This document shows positions 34,448-34,458 of a stretch of DNA of 34,458 bases, in pieces. Origin of the DNA: a virus (taxonomy: Duplodnaviria; Caudoviricetes); IMG/VR virus record IMGVR_UViG_3300030372_002192, positions 1 through 34,458 of that record; one strand, written 5' to 3'. The notes under the pieces are model-generated. The model was given only the letters and a program-made list of their open reading frames with translations, was not told the DNA's origin and made no database searches. The stretch's first letter is position 1. Every line of letters begins with the position of its first letter. Position numbers and translations under genes: made by a program.

Positions 34448-34458
34448 ACCCTAACTGG
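34357..34458. repeat. Terminal overlap, copy 2
   Basis: Matches 1-102. Confidence 0.95.

Overview
Apparently complete, circularly assembled ~34.4 kb tailed (siphovirus-like) dsDNA phage genome; positions 1-102 repeat at 34357-34458 with one mismatch. An unannotated WhiB gene and widespread leaderless transcripts point to a low-GC actinobacterial host (inference). Content: a leftward replication/modification block (RusA-like, HNH, one amino-MTase, two C5-MTases, transglycosylase, HTH initiator, recombinase); ParB-like + Mom-like genes followed by terminase, portal and MuF; a tail block with a -1 frameshifted chaperone; a separate capsid/neck block; a separately located XkdF-type protease; and lysis genes. 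No integrase or CRISPR was seen. Main discoveries: (1) a full tRNA-Gly(TCC)-like cloverleaf with non-translational features embedded in the 3' end of the Mom-like gene, a candidate dedicated glycyl donor for DNA hypermodification; (2) seven dispersed promoter-small gene cassettes sharing an ATGGAGTTAA(C)...AAACCAA(G)AAAGG leader, plus a two-hairpin ~85 nt RNA at 32978-33062 whose loops are antisense to exactly these two leader elements; (3) nested +1-frame TRD-like ORFs in both C5-MTases; (4) strong CCSGG enrichment with apparent CCWGG/GCWGC/GGCC avoidance; (5) a helically phased 12-copy repeat array at 16665-16876. All motif counts are by eye and protein family calls are from motif recognition, not database searches.
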